From Longimicrobiales bacterium (GTDB taxonomy: Bacteria > Gemmatimonadota > Gemmatimonadetes > Longimicrobiales > Gaopeijiaceae): 64,000 nucleotides of DNA. The position numbers were made by a program, and so were the translations under genes. Location of the stretch: contig OZ241869.1 in assembly GCA_965202805.1 (NCBI GenBank), positions 1,632,001 through 1,696,000 on the forward strand, given 5' to 3'. Under the pieces are notes generated by a model that saw nothing but the letters and a program-made list of their open reading frames with translations, was not told the DNA's origin and did no database searches. Shown here piece by piece: positions 1-10,264 of this stretch (positions are counted from its first letter, which is position 1; every line of letters starts with the position of its first letter).

Positions 1-135
1 ATTGGATAGCCCCTCGCCCGTGATCGGATTAGCTCCTTCGGCGGCCATCGTCGCCAGTGGCCCGGACTCCGTGGCGCATCCGGTGAGAAGTCCCGCACCC
101 GCGAGCGCGAACAATGAGAGTCGAAACCCTGACAT
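1..135 (-). CDS. Lipoprotein, N-terminal part (runs off window start); possibly an M28-family peptidase
   Basis: Not in the ORF track. ATG at 135 with AAGGAGG SD. Translation MSGFRLSLFALAGAGLLTGCATES...ITGEGLSN contains a lipobox (LTGC). The M28 guess rests only on the ITGEGL segment. Confidence 0.7.
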   Translation of the reverse strand, partial: MSGFRLSLFALAGAGLLTGCATESGPLATMAAEGANPITGEGLSN

Positions 136-234
136 GACTGCCTCCTTGCGAGTCTCGTTTTCGCCGCGGGACCCCGTCCTTTGAGCCATGGGTCCGTGAA
201 TCACGCGGGCGCCTTGTGGTTGCCGCCCGTGCTC

Positions 235-2019
235 CTACCGGGGAATCACCGGCAGCGTGATGTGCGACGGATAGCGGGCGTTGTGGTAGATCGTCTGACT
301 GGCCGACTGCACTTCGGTCTCGAGGTGGATCGGGCCGCCGGTGTTCGGGTTGCGGTCGTACTTCGGGAAGTTGCTGCTCGAGATCTCCACCCGGATCCGG
401 TGGCCTTCGCGGAAGAGGTTGCTGGTCGCCCACAGGTCGATGTTGAACTCGTACACCGTCCCCGGTTCCAGCAGCTCGAAGTCCGTGAAGTCCGGGTTGT
501 TGTGATACCGTCCCCGCAGGATGCCGTCCGCGATGTTGATCTCCTTTCCGTCCGGGTGGACGTCAACCAGCATGGCGGTGAAGTCGGTGTCGGTCGCGGA
601 AGTCGATGCGTACAGGGTGGCCGTGATCGGGCCGGTGACCTCCACCGCCTGCTCCAGGGGCGGCGTGGTGAACACCAGGATGTCGTCGCGCTCCGCGATG
701 TCCGCCCGGTCGAAGGGGCCGGGGGGCGTGGGCCCGAACATGAGGTTGCCGCCTCGGGTGGGAACCGGGTTCATCGGGTCGAAGACGAACTCGTCAACCG
801 GGTCGGACGCGCCGGGCATCTCCATGCTCAGGCTGCCGTCGCCGGCGGAGCCGTTCGCGTTGCCCCCGCTGTGGAAGTAGTAGTTCGTGTACTGCGTGCG
901 GGCGATCGGCCACTCGTTCTCGGAGCGCCAGACGTTCTCGCCCATGATGAAGATCCGCACCGGCGGCTCGTCCAGATAGCCGTTGTCCGCTCCCTTGAGC
1001 AGGGCATCGAACCACTTCACGTGCAGGCTGTCGAAGTCGACGGTGGCGTCGGGCCCGAAATCGATGCCGTCGTAGACGAAGTTCGGCACGCTGGCGTGGG
1101 GCCATGGACCGATGAGCAGCTTCTGGTTCTCCCGCGCGTACTCGGTGTGGCCCTTCTCCACCATGCCCGTGTAGCTGACCAGGGTGCCGTCCAGGAAGAC
1201 GTCGTACCACCCGCCGATATTGAGGGAGGCCGCCGCGAACTCGTCCAGGCGGGCTTCCGAGTCGAGCACCTCCCAGTAGGCGTCGTAGGTCGGGTGCATC
1301 ACGAAATCGCGCCACCAGGGATTGTCCTGGCCCGTGGCCGCGCCCATCTCAAGGAGCGGCATGGTCCAGAGCACCTGGTCCCAGTCGGGGTTGCCCGCCT
1401 GGCCGGTGCGCCCGCCCATCCCCGACGCCCAGCCGATGCGGGAGCCCAGCGCGAGCGCCCCACCCGGATACGCTGTGTCGAAGTAGTAGTTGAACGGGGT
1501 CACCCTGGGGGCCATCGCCTTCAGATAGGGGGACCTGAACTCGGCGCCCTTCCACTGCGTGGTGGCGAGGTAGGAGTTGCCGTGGGTGCCAACCTGCCCG
1601 TCGGACCACTCCTGCCGGCCGATCCAGTTCTGGGTGTCGTGGCTGTCGTTGGCTTCCGCCAGGTAGGGATACCAGCTCCCCTCGGAGTCGAAGCGGCCGC
1701 GCACGTTCTGGTGGACGTACACATATCCGCGCTCCGCCCAGAGAAGCCCCTCCTCCCAGGAGGCCGCGTCGGACCCGTTGTCGTAGGGGTCCCGGATCAG
1801 CAGCGCGGGATGGCGCCCCGGCGCGGCCGGGCGATACACGTCCGTCGAGAGGAGCGTGCCGTCCCGCATGGGCACCATGAGATTGTGGTGTACGATCGCG
1901 GACTCCCCGGCCCGGAACTCTCCCGAGTGGAGTTCCTGTGCCTCGAGCGGCGGCGTGTATGCGGCAAGCATCAGGGCGATGCCGGTTGCAACGATTCGGG
2001 TGACGGTGCGCGACTCCAT
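235..2019 (-). CDS. CocE/NonD family hydrolase (X-Pro dipeptidyl-peptidase-like), secreted
   Basis: Motifs VPMRDGTLLSTDVYRP, NVRGRFDSEG, nucleophile GNSY, GGWYD, IGPWPH and PepX_C-like SSSNFPKYDRNPNTG. Signal peptide present. AAGGAG SD before ATG 2019. Confidence 0.92.
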   Translation of the reverse strand: MESRTVTRIVATGIALMLAAYTPPLEAQELHSGEFRAGESAIVHHNLMVPMRDGTLLSTDVYRPAAPGRHPALLIRDPYDNGSDAASWEEGLLWAERGYVYVHQNVRGRFDSEGSWYPYLAEANDSHDTQNWIGRQEWSDGQVGTHGNSYLATTQWKGAEFRSPYLKAMAPRVTPFNYYFDTAYPGGALALGSRIGWASGMGGRTGQAGNPDWDQVLWTMPLLEMGAATGQDNPWWRDFVMHPTYDAYWEVLDSEARLDEFAAASLNIGGWYDVFLDGTLVSYTGMVEKGHTEYARENQKLLIGPWPHASVPNFVYDGIDFGPDATVDFDSLHVKWFDALLKGADNGYLDEPPVRIFIMGENVWRSENEWPIARTQYTNYYFHSGGNANGSAGDGSLSMEMPGASDPVDEFVFDPMNPVPTRGGNLMFGPTPPGPFDRADIAERDDILVFTTPPLEQAVEVTGPITATLYASTSATDTDFTAMLVDVHPDGKEINIADGILRGRYHNNPDFTDFELLEPGTVYEFNIDLWATSNLFREGHRIRVEISSSNFPKYDRNPNTGGPIHLETEVQSASQTIYHNARYPSHITLPVIPR

Positions 2020-2112
2020 GAAGATCTCCTTAGAGGTTGGTGTTCCGGCCCCACTGATCGACGAACGCATGTCTGCGGATGCCGGTCCCGGGCGGCCCCG
2101 AGCCGGCGAACA

Positions 2113-2988
2113 TCAGCTTCCGTCCGTTTCCCCGGTCGCCTCGTGGATGGCGGCCACGGTGAGATCGGCGATCCAGTCCACGAGCTCGCTTCCGAGGGCC
2201 AGGGTGCGGGGTATGGGCGCCAGGTCGACGCCGTTGATGGAGAAGTGTCCCGCGCGGATGCGCTGCTCCATGCGAACGGTGGTGGGATCGGTGAGCATCA
2301 TGATGGAGGTGGCGCTGAACTCGTCGTGCAGGCCGGGGTCCTGCATGACCTCGTTGATGCCCCTGTCGCGCAGCCACTCCTGGCGCTGCACCCAGTTGTA
2401 GTATTCGGGCACGTGGTGGACGCTGGTCTTTCCGTCGGTCCACTTCGCCGAGAGCGCTTCCGCGACTTCCATTTGCGGCTGCTGGTTGCCTCCGCTGTCG
2501 CCGATCAGGACGATGTGGCTGAACCCGTTGGCCCGCAGGGCGGTCGAAACGTCGGTGAGCACGGCCTTGAAGGTCTCGACCCTGACCCCGATGGTGCCCG
2601 GATAGCGGATCGTGCCGGGTTCCAGGTCGATCTCCCCCTCGGGCACGTACTTGATGATCGGGGCGATCAGCGCGTTCCCCAGCTTGCGCGCAACCGCCTC
2701 CGCCGTCTGCTGCAGGATGTAGTTGTGCTTGCCGCCCGCGAGGTAGGGGCCGTTTTCCTCCACCCCGCCGGTGGGCACGATGACCGTGGTCTTTCCGGAG
2801 CGGATCGCGTCGCGCACCTCCATGAAGGTGAGTTCCTCGATCCAGACCGACTCGAGCGCGTCGATGGGACGCGGCGTGTCGGGATCGATCGGGTTTCCTC
2901 CGCTCCCGGGTCGAGGCGCCTGCTGGGCCGCGAGCGCGATGGGCGCAGAGATCAGGGCGAGGACGAACAGCTTCGCGAACCGGGCCAT
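2113..2988 (-). CDS. Creatininase family protein with signal peptide
   Basis: Motifs IEELTFMEVRDAI, VPTGGVEENGPYL, YPGTI and DSGGNQ. GGAGG SD before ATG 2988. Confidence 0.85.
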   Translation of the reverse strand: MARFAKLFVLALISAPIALAAQQAPRPGSGGNPIDPDTPRPIDALESVWIEELTFMEVRDAIRSGKTTVIVPTGGVEENGPYLAGGKHNYILQQTAEAVARKLGNALIAPIIKYVPEGEIDLEPGTIRYPGTIGVRVETFKAVLTDVSTALRANGFSHIVLIGDSGGNQQPQMEVAEALSAKWTDGKTSVHHVPEYYNWVQRQEWLRDRGINEVMQDPGLHDEFSATSIMMLTDPTTVRMEQRIRAGHFSINGVDLAPIPRTLALGSELVDWIADLTVAAIHEATGETDGS

Positions 2989-3176
2989 CAATGCCTCCGG
3001 GATTGCGGGACGGCGGTCGGAAAACGACCGGGACACATGCATCGGCACCCTAACCGACGACCCGATGCCACGCAAGCGATTTTCCCGGCTCGCGGTCCGC
3101 CATCGCAGCCGGTGGAATAAGTCCGCGCGAGCGCGCAGATGCGGCGAAGTGCCGGGAGAGGTCCGTCGGCGAGCTG

Positions 3177-4325
3177 CTAACCCGACCGCCGGTGCCAGGC
3201 CGCAAGCACCTCGGCTTCGCGCTCGGGCGTCAGCCCCGCCCGCATGGTCGCGCGATCCTCCTCGGCAAGCCCCTTCCACCACTCCAGCGTCTCTCCCGCG
3301 CTCACCGCCAACGGCCTGTAGCGCAGGCCGGCGGCGATGGCGGCATCGCGGCTCATGCGCGCGAAGCCCGTGGTTGGTCCCACAGGTGGCTGCCAGACCG
3401 GAAGATCGCTCCACGGCCGGACCCCGTGCTCCTGGAGGAAGTCGTAGGACACGAACGTCAGGGTGGAGGGCGTCGAGGTCGCGGCCTTCAAGCCGTAGAG
3501 GAACTCCGCCATGTGCAGATCCCCCTCCGGCCCGATCACGTTGTAGACCCCTCTCGTCTCCTGCTCCAGCAGATGCACCATGAACTCGGCCAGGTCGCGC
3601 ACGTCGATGTACTGGACGGGATCCATGTGGGTGTTGGGGGCGAGCACCTCTCCCCCCCGGTCCATGCGCGCGCACCAGTACGTAAAGCGGTCGCTGCGGT
3701 CTCCCGGACCTGCGACCAGCCCGGGGCGTACGATCGTGCAGCGATCACCGAAGGCGGCCTGCAGTTCCTGCTCCGCCAGCGCCTTCATCGGCCCGTAGCC
3801 TTCCCACTCCTCCATGGGCAGGTCCGCCTGTCCTACCGCGGCGGATTCGTCGATCCCGACCTCCACCCTGGACATGTAGGCGGCCTGGGTGGAAATGAAG
3901 ACGTACTGATCGGTCCGATCCACGAGCAGGCGGGCCGTGGCGCGAACCTGGTCGGGCGTGTAGCCGGAGTTGTCGATGACAACGTCCCAGCTGCGGTCTC
4001 CCTCAAGGGACGACAGGTCGCCGTCGCGGTCGCCGATCAGGTTCTCGAGCCCGGTGAACTGGTCCTGGAACATGCGCGGCTGGCTGCGTCCGCGATTGAA
4101 CAGGGTGAGCTCGTGGCCGCGTGACAGGATGCGGTTGACCTGCCAGGGACCGATGAACCCGGTGCCCCCGAGAAGGAGGATGCGGGAAGCCCTGCGCGGC
4201 AGCCTGACCGCTTCGGCCCCATGCCCGTTCAGCGAGGCCGGGTATCCGAGCCCGAGGCCCAGCCCGCCGCCCGCGAGCGCCGACATCTTGAGGAAGTCGC
4301 GTCGATTCGTCGTCATTTCCCTCAT
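3177..4325 (-). CDS. Tat-signal NAD-dependent epimerase/dehydratase (isoflavone-reductase-like atypical SDR)
   Basis: NRRDFLK twin-arginine motif; GGTGFIG, YGPMK, RPGLVAGPGD. Start may be 4316. Confidence 0.85.
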   Translation of the reverse strand: MREMTTNRRDFLKMSALAGGGLGLGLGYPASLNGHGAEAVRLPRRASRILLLGGTGFIGPWQVNRILSRGHELTLFNRGRSQPRMFQDQFTGLENLIGDRDGDLSSLEGDRSWDVVIDNSGYTPDQVRATARLLVDRTDQYVFISTQAAYMSRVEVGIDESAAVGQADLPMEEWEGYGPMKALAEQELQAAFGDRCTIVRPGLVAGPGDRSDRFTYWCARMDRGGEVLAPNTHMDPVQYIDVRDLAEFMVHLLEQETRGVYNVIGPEGDLHMAEFLYGLKAATSTPSTLTFVSYDFLQEHGVRPWSDLPVWQPPVGPTTGFARMSRDAAIAAGLRYRPLAVSAGETLEWWKGLAEEDRATMRAGLTPEREAEVLAAWHRRSG

Positions 4326-4387
4326 CTCCCGTGTGAGGGTACGTGTGGTGCGAGACCCGCCGGCGCTTCGTCCGACGGCCCCCGCTC

Positions 4388-5800
4388 TTAATCCGTGGCC
4401 GGGCGCCGCGCGCCCCGGCCGTCCTGCTTGTAGACCACGCCATCCTTCATGACGAAGTCGATGTCCTGCAGCAGATCGATGTCCTCCAGTGGATCTCCCC
4501 GCACGGCCACCAGATCCGCGAGCTTGCCGGCCTCCACGCTGCCCAGCTCATCCGTGCGATGCAACACGATCGCCGCCTCGCGGGTAGCGGCCAGGATCGC
4601 GTCCGCAGGCGACATTCCCGCGTCGACCAGAAGGCGGAACTCCCCGGCGTTCTCGCCGTGCGGGAAAACGCCCGCGTCGGTGCCGAAGCCGATCTTCACG
4701 CCCTCCCGCATCGCCAGCCGAATGGATTCGCGGAAGTAGGGATAGATCTCGAGAGCCTTCCGGCCCGGCCACCCGCCGAGCGTGCCCACCAGCGCCCGCT
4801 CGCGAACATCCTCGAAGGCCATCATGGTCGGCACCAGGTAGGTGCCGTGTTCGGCCATCAGCCGGACGGTCTCGTCGTCGAGCATGGACCCGTGCTCGAT
4901 GGAGGTGACTCCCGCGCGGACGGCGGCCTTGATTCCCTCCAAGCCGTGGGCGTGGGCGGCCACGGTACGCTCGGCCATGTTGGCGGTCTGCACCAGGACG
5001 ACCATCTCCTCCTCGGTATACTGCTGCACGCCCACCGCGTCCCCCTCCGAGAGCACCCCGCCCGTAGCGCAGAACTTGATGACGTCGGCGCCATACTTGA
5101 TCTGGTAGTTCACGGCCTCGCGCACGCGCTCGATGCCCTGCGCGATGCCGTCCTCGATCCCGGGTTCCTCGAAGATGTCCGGGCGATAGCCGTTGCTGTC
5201 GCAGTGTCCCCCCGTGATGCCGAGCGAGTGCACGGCCGTAAACATGCGGGGACCCGGCACCATGCCCGCGTTGATGGCTTCGCGCAGCGCCACGTCGGCG
5301 AAGTCGTCGCTGCCGACGTTGCGGATGGTGGTGAAGCCCGCCTCAAGCGTGATTCTGGCGTTCATGACGCCGGCGATGGCCAGGTGTCCGGGCCATCGAC
5401 GCAGGCTGCTGCCTCCAGCCCCGGGGTCGCTGGTGATGTGTGTGTGCAGGTCGATGAAGCCGGGCATCACGGTGTGATCGGAAAGGTCTATGCGGGTCGC
5501 GCCCGCCGGCACGGGGATGTCGGCGCCGACCGCTTCCAGCCGGGTGCCGCGCACGAGAATGGTGACGTCTTCGCGCACGCCGCCGTCCACTCCATCGATG
5601 AGGCGTCCGGCCACGATGGCGGTCACCTCGGTGCTGTCGGGCAGGGTGACGCGCTGGGCGTCGAGGCCGGAGGCGATCACGGCCCAGGAGACCGTCGACA
5701 GCAGGAGGAATCGCGCTCGCGCCCGAGTCGCGCCGGGCCGCTCCCGCGGATGGCCCTTCCGGATCGCCGTCGCCATGGCAGGCCATCGTCCGCGCTTCAT
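4388..5800 (-). CDS. Amidohydrolase family protein (prolidase/Xaa-Pro dipeptidase-like)
   Basis: Motifs PGFIDLHTH, GADVIKFCATGG, AAHAHG, SIEHG, GTDAG and GKLADLV. GAGGAGG SD before ATG 5800. Confidence 0.88.
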   Translation of the reverse strand: MKRGRWPAMATAIRKGHPRERPGATRARARFLLLSTVSWAVIASGLDAQRVTLPDSTEVTAIVAGRLIDGVDGGVREDVTILVRGTRLEAVGADIPVPAGATRIDLSDHTVMPGFIDLHTHITSDPGAGGSSLRRWPGHLAIAGVMNARITLEAGFTTIRNVGSDDFADVALREAINAGMVPGPRMFTAVHSLGITGGHCDSNGYRPDIFEEPGIEDGIAQGIERVREAVNYQIKYGADVIKFCATGGVLSEGDAVGVQQYTEEEMVVLVQTANMAERTVAAHAHGLEGIKAAVRAGVTSIEHGSMLDDETVRLMAEHGTYLVPTMMAFEDVRERALVGTLGGWPGRKALEIYPYFRESIRLAMREGVKIGFGTDAGVFPHGENAGEFRLLVDAGMSPADAILAATREAAIVLHRTDELGSVEAGKLADLVAVRGDPLEDIDLLQDIDFVMKDGVVYKQDGRGARRPATD

Positions 5801-5995
5801 GCCCTGCCTCCTCGGAAGTCTGTTCGTCCTGCGATTTGCCGGCCACTCCGCAACGTCTGCAATCATTTGTTCCTCACGCCGTCCTTGACGACCATCCGCA
5901 CAGTCGTCCGAGCGTCCACGATAGGGCCGCCGCCTGATTCGCGACACTGCACGCGCGCCCTTCCGCGCTCCCTTGCGCGACCACCCCCGCCCCGT

Positions 5996-6020
5996 TACCG
6001 AATAAATACCGAATATCGGT
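5996..6020. promoter_or_regulatory. Putative operator between divergent genes (direct repeat plus palindrome)
   Basis: TACCGAATA at 5996-6004 and 6007-6015; palindrome ACCGA-ATA-TCGGT at 6008-6020; AT-rich patch with TTGCGC (-35-like) at 5973. Confidence 0.5.
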
Positions 6021-6086
6021 TTCCCTGCTCATCCGGAGTCCGTGACAACTTCCCGGCTCCCGAGACCCTGATGGACCAGCCATCCC

Positions 6087-7151
6087 ATGCAACTGCCTGT
6101 TCGAGGCCGTGGAGCCTCCCGCGATCTGCCCAACCGCTTCGAGCGGCTTCATGTGGAGCTGGCTGCGGAGCCGGGCGATGAGGACGAGCAGCCTCGCAAG
6201 ACCCGATTCTTCACCGACCGGTCCCAGAGCGTCATCGCCCGCAACTCGAGCCCGGACCTGGGCTTCTCGGTCAGCCTGAACCCCTACCGGGGATGCGAGC
6301 ACGGATGCAGCTACTGCTACGCGAGACCGACGCACGAGTACCTGGGCTTCTCCGCGGGGCTCGACTTCGAGAGCCGGATCATGGTGAAGCCCGATGCCCC
6401 CGAACTGTTGAGGAAGGCGCTGGCCGGGCGAGCCTGGCAGCCTCAGACGCTCGCGCTGAGCGGCGTCACCGATCCCTACCAACCGGTGGAGCGGCGGCTG
6501 GGGATCACGCGTGCCTGCCTGGAGGTGCTTCTCGAGTGCCGGCATCCCGTGTCGATCGTCACGAAGAACCACCTTGTGGCGAGGGACATCGACATCCTGT
6601 CGCAGATGGCGGAGCATCGGACGGTGATGGTCACGCTGTCGATCACAACGCTGCGCAACGACCTCCGCCGGGTGATGGAGCCGAGAACGTCGGTTCCCGC
6701 CCGCCGGCTCGCGGCGGTGCGGGCGCTGGCGGATGCGGGGGTTCCGGTGGGCGTGAACGTGGCTCCGCTGATCCCGGGGCTGAACGACCATGAGCTGCCG
6801 GAGATCCTGGCGGCGGCCCGGGAGGCGGGAGCGTCCTGCGCGGGCATGATGCTGCTGCGGCTGCCGTTCGCGGTGAAGGACCTGTTCACCGAATGGCTGG
6901 AACAGCACTTCCCCGATCGGCGCAACAAGGTTCTCGGGCGCCTGCGAGAGGTGCATGGAGGCAGACTCTACGACCCGCGCTTCGGGCGGCGGGGGCGCGG
7001 GAGAGGGCCCTTCGCCGAGCATCTGGGCAACCTCTTCCGGATAAGCTGTCGCAAGCTCGGGCTGAAGCGGCGATCGTACGACCTCGCTACCGATGCCTTC
7101 CGCAGGCCCGAGCGCGCCGGCCAGATACGGCTGTTCGACGCGCGGGGCTGA
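6087..7151 (+). CDS. PA0069/Rv2578c family radical SAM protein (spore-photoproduct-lyase-like, DNA repair associated)
   Basis: SLNPYRGCEHGCSYCYARPTHEYLG (CxxxCxxC), TDPYQPVE, and a C-terminal QIRLF resembling a beta-clamp-binding motif. Confidence 0.92.
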   Translation: MQLPVRGRGASRDLPNRFERLHVELAAEPGDEDEQPRKTRFFTDRSQSVIARNSSPDLGFSVSLNPYRGCEHGCSYCYARPTHEYLGFSAGLDFESRIMVKPDAPELLRKALAGRAWQPQTLALSGVTDPYQPVERRLGITRACLEVLLECRHPVSIVTKNHLVARDIDILSQMAEHRTVMVTLSITTLRNDLRRVMEPRTSVPARRLAAVRALADAGVPVGVNVAPLIPGLNDHELPEILAAAREAGASCAGMMLLRLPFAVKDLFTEWLEQHFPDRRNKVLGRLREVHGGRLYDPRFGRRGRGRGPFAEHLGNLFRISCRKLGLKRRSYDLATDAFRRPERAGQIRLFDARG

Positions 7152-7286
7152 CCGGAACCGACCGGCTGCCGCCTCCGGTCAGGGTGGCGCACGGAGGACG
7201 GTCGCATCCCTCCGTCCGTGACGAGCGGTGCCGCGGACGGCTGTCCGGGCATTCCGCCTGTCCGAGCTGCCGCTACCCTGGGGCCT

Positions 7287-8474
7287 TCAGCGGAGCGCGG
7301 CCAGCAACTCCACGAGCAGCTCCTGGCCCGAGGCGCCCAGGCTGGCCTCGCCCTGGTTGTAGTTGCGCAGCAGAACGACGCCCAGCCCCGACTCGGGCTC
7401 GAAGAGCATGTAGGCGTTGTAGCCGGCCACGGATCCGGAGTGCCCGATGAGCCGGGCTCCGCCGTCCGCGGTGCGGATCATCACGCCCAGGCCATAGCCG
7501 TTGTCGGGATCCTCGGGGGTGTGGACCCGGCTCATCTCCGCAACGCTCTCGTCGGAGAGGATCGCCGGCGAGGCCCTCCCCTGCAGCGCGCCCATGAAGC
7601 GGGCCAGGTCGAGGACGGTGGAGTACACGCCTCCGTTGGGCACCTTGTAGCCGCGGCCGGCATGCTCGCGCGCCGGCTGCTCGGGATCCGGGTTGCCGTC
7701 CCCGCGGTTCACGTAGCCGACGGTCAGCCGGGGCGCCAGTTCGGGACCGATGACGAAGGTGGAGCTGGTCATGCCCAGCGGCTTGAAGACGTCCTCTTCG
7801 ACGAAATCCATGAAGGGCCGTCCCACGGCCCGCGCCACCGCCAGCCCGAGCGTGCCGTAGCCGATGTTCGAATAGGAGTACTCCACGCCCGGCGCGTTCT
7901 GGAAGCGGCTCAGCGGAAGCGACTCAACGATCCGCTCCTGCCAGATCTCGATGGGCCCGGAGGCGGCGATGTCCCACTCGGGCTCGCGCACCAGTCCGGA
8001 GGTATGGCTGGCGAACTGGCGCACGGTCGGCGCCGGAGCGTCCTCCATCGCCCCGGGGAAGCGGGCGGTGGCCGGAAAGATGTCGCTCAGCGGCTGGTCG
8101 AGGTCGATGTAGCCCCGCTCCACCGCCCGCATCATCACCACCGCGGTGACGGTCTTGGAGATGGAGCCCACCCGGTAGATGGAACCCACCCCGGCGGGGA
8201 TGCGCCGGTCGCGGTCGGCCCATCCGAAGGCCCGGGCCCAGACGACGTCGCTGCCCCTCGCCACGGCGGCGCTGACCCCGCCCACATCGTCGGCCGCCAC
8301 CTGTGCCTCCATCTTCTGCTCGAAGCGGGAGATGGCCGCGTTCCACGCGTCCGCGTCGACGCTCTGGGCGGCAACCGGGCGCGCAACGAAAAACGTTGCG
8401 AGCAGCGCGGCAGCGATGTAAACCATTGTCAGTGCTGCGACACGGCGGACCGGAATCGTGATGCCGCGCAACAT
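7287..8474 (-). CDS. Serine hydrolase, beta-lactamase-like (class C/PBP fold), secreted
   Basis: SxxK (GSISK), YSN and HSG motifs; signal peptide. Start uncertain (8474 or 8426). Confidence 0.88.
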   Translation of the reverse strand: MLRGITIPVRRVAALTMVYIAAALLATFFVARPVAAQSVDADAWNAAISRFEQKMEAQVAADDVGGVSAAVARGSDVVWARAFGWADRDRRIPAGVGSIYRVGSISKTVTAVVMMRAVERGYIDLDQPLSDIFPATARFPGAMEDAPAPTVRQFASHTSGLVREPEWDIAASGPIEIWQERIVESLPLSRFQNAPGVEYSYSNIGYGTLGLAVARAVGRPFMDFVEEDVFKPLGMTSSTFVIGPELAPRLTVGYVNRGDGNPDPEQPAREHAGRGYKVPNGGVYSTVLDLARFMGALQGRASPAILSDESVAEMSRVHTPEDPDNGYGLGVMIRTADGGARLIGHSGSVAGYNAYMLFEPESGLGVVLLRNYNQGEASLGASGQELLVELLAALR

Positions 8475-8571
8475 TCCCGACAAATGTACGTCCCGGTTCA
8501 CCCCGGACGTCTCCCGGATCGGACTGTGAACGCAACCGGGCGGAGCCGCCGCCGCGGACCGCTCGCGCACC

Positions 8572-9906
8572 TCAGTTCCCCATCTCATCGGCGATCTCCT
8601 CCAGCCTTCTCCGGATCTCCTCTTCGGGCAGCCAGCGGCCCCGGAACATGACGCCCGCGCGGTCGGCCACGTTGGCCACGTCGGACAGCGGATTCGCGTT
8701 CAGGAGCAGGAGATCGGCGCGCCGACCGACCGCCACCGTCCCGAACGAGTCCCTCCCCTGGAAGTACTCACCCACGTTGCGGGTCCCGCTCACGAGGATC
8801 TCCCAGGGGGACATGCCGGCGTCGACCATCGCCTTCATCTCGCGATGGATCGAGAAGCCCGGCACGCTGAAGATCTGGGGCGAATCGGTCCCCAGGAGAA
8901 TGCCCGCGCCGCCATCCGACAGCGCCTTCAGAACCCGATTGCGGTTGGCCACCCACTGCGCAGCCCGCTCCGGGCTGGTCCGGGACGCCGCAGCCCGCTG
9001 TCGGCCTTCCCAACCCTCCACCTGGAATCCGGGCCAGTAGCGCATCTCCGGGTAGCGCGCCATTTCGGCGGCGTCGCCCCGGCCGATGATGCCGACCTCC
9101 CAGAGGACCATGGTCGGGACCACCCAGGCGCGCGCATTGCGCGTCAGCTGCACGATGTGGCGGAGCCGGTCCTCATCGACCTCGCCCTCGAAGGCGTCCA
9201 GGAACTCGATGTAGCCGTCGAGGTGGTCGAAGGTCTCCTGGCCCATGAGGATGGCATGCTCGAGCCCCACGTCCGCCGGCACATGCCCGGCGAAGCGGAT
9301 CCCCACCTCCTGGGCGGTGACCGCCATGGCGTTGTACTCGTCGCGCGTGGGTCCCGGATGGATCTTCAGCAGATCCCATCCCTCCCGCTTCTGGCGGCGC
9401 ACCTGCTCCTCCGCCTCCGCGGGGGAGTTCACGCTCCGGTCGTTGAAGCTCGGGCCGGCCATGTAGAGGGTCGGCGCGATGATCTCCCCGGCGTTGGCCC
9501 TGGCGCGCAGGGACAGGTGGCCGTCCTGCCCCAGCATGCCGCGCACGGTGGTGACGCCGTTGGCCACGTAGAGGAACATCACCGTTTCCTCGATGTCGCC
9601 GCCGGGCATGTGCCCGTGCATCTCGGCGAGGCCGGGCATGAGGTACTTGCCGGCGGCGTCGATGACCAGGGCGTCCGCGGGCGGATCCACCGAGGCCGAC
9701 GGCCCCATCTCCACGATGCGTCCGGCGGAGACCACCACCGTGTAGTCGGCGAGAACGCCCTCGCGGTCCATCGGCACCACGTTCGCGTTGACGAACGCGG
9801 TGGTGCGCTGCGGCGGGACCTGGGCGTGCGTGTCCTGCGGCAGGGTCAGGCCGGCGACTGCCAGCCATGAAGCGGCGAGAATGGTTCGGGGGACAGGGGC
9901 ATGCAT
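8572..9906 (-). CDS. Amidohydrolase family protein, secreted
   Basis: Motifs MPGLAEMHGH, GVTTVR, AGHVP, GTDSP and GRRADLLLL. GAGGAG SD before ATG 9906. Confidence 0.88.
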   Translation of the reverse strand: MHAPVPRTILAASWLAVAGLTLPQDTHAQVPPQRTTAFVNANVVPMDREGVLADYTVVVSAGRIVEMGPSASVDPPADALVIDAAGKYLMPGLAEMHGHMPGGDIEETVMFLYVANGVTTVRGMLGQDGHLSLRARANAGEIIAPTLYMAGPSFNDRSVNSPAEAEEQVRRQKREGWDLLKIHPGPTRDEYNAMAVTAQEVGIRFAGHVPADVGLEHAILMGQETFDHLDGYIEFLDAFEGEVDEDRLRHIVQLTRNARAWVVPTMVLWEVGIIGRGDAAEMARYPEMRYWPGFQVEGWEGRQRAAASRTSPERAAQWVANRNRVLKALSDGGAGILLGTDSPQIFSVPGFSIHREMKAMVDAGMSPWEILVSGTRNVGEYFQGRDSFGTVAVGRRADLLLLNANPLSDVANVADRAGVMFRGRWLPEEEIRRRLEEIADEMGN

Positions 9907-10264
9907 GTCGACTCCTCCTCTCCTGATCGAGCGACGAGGCACATCGGGGGATGCAGCGCAATCCAGCGCGTTGCGTCCCCGGCCGCGCTCCGTCAAAAAG
10001 GCTGTCCGCCGAATCGCGTGTCAATCGGGAGCCACGCTGTGTTCGATGGGCGCCCGCCGGACGCGCGCCCGCTGACGCACACCCGGGGTTTGCGCGCCGG
10101 GCGGTCCAGCCCGCATGGTTTCCTGTCGGCATCGCACCGCCGCGACAGCTCCGCAACAGTCCGCTGTCGGGACAGCCGGCCATGCCGAGGGCCTCGGCCA
10201 CCGCCGGACGCCGCCCGCGGCAGACGCGCCGGCCCGGCCCGAACACCCGAACATCCGCCCGCCC

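Noticed and set aside
181..3120. Long ORFs antisense to real genes (e.g. 181-3120 +, 4343-6181 +, 12201-14642 -, 17062-19947 +, 20008-22008 +, 53542-55512 +)
   Set aside because: Shadow ORFs expected in high-GC DNA. They have no motifs and lie opposite well-supported genes.
7287..8474. Antibiotic-resistance beta-lactamase
   Set aside because: SxxK/YxN with HSG is shared by many esterases and peptidases. Nothing supports an AmpC assignment.
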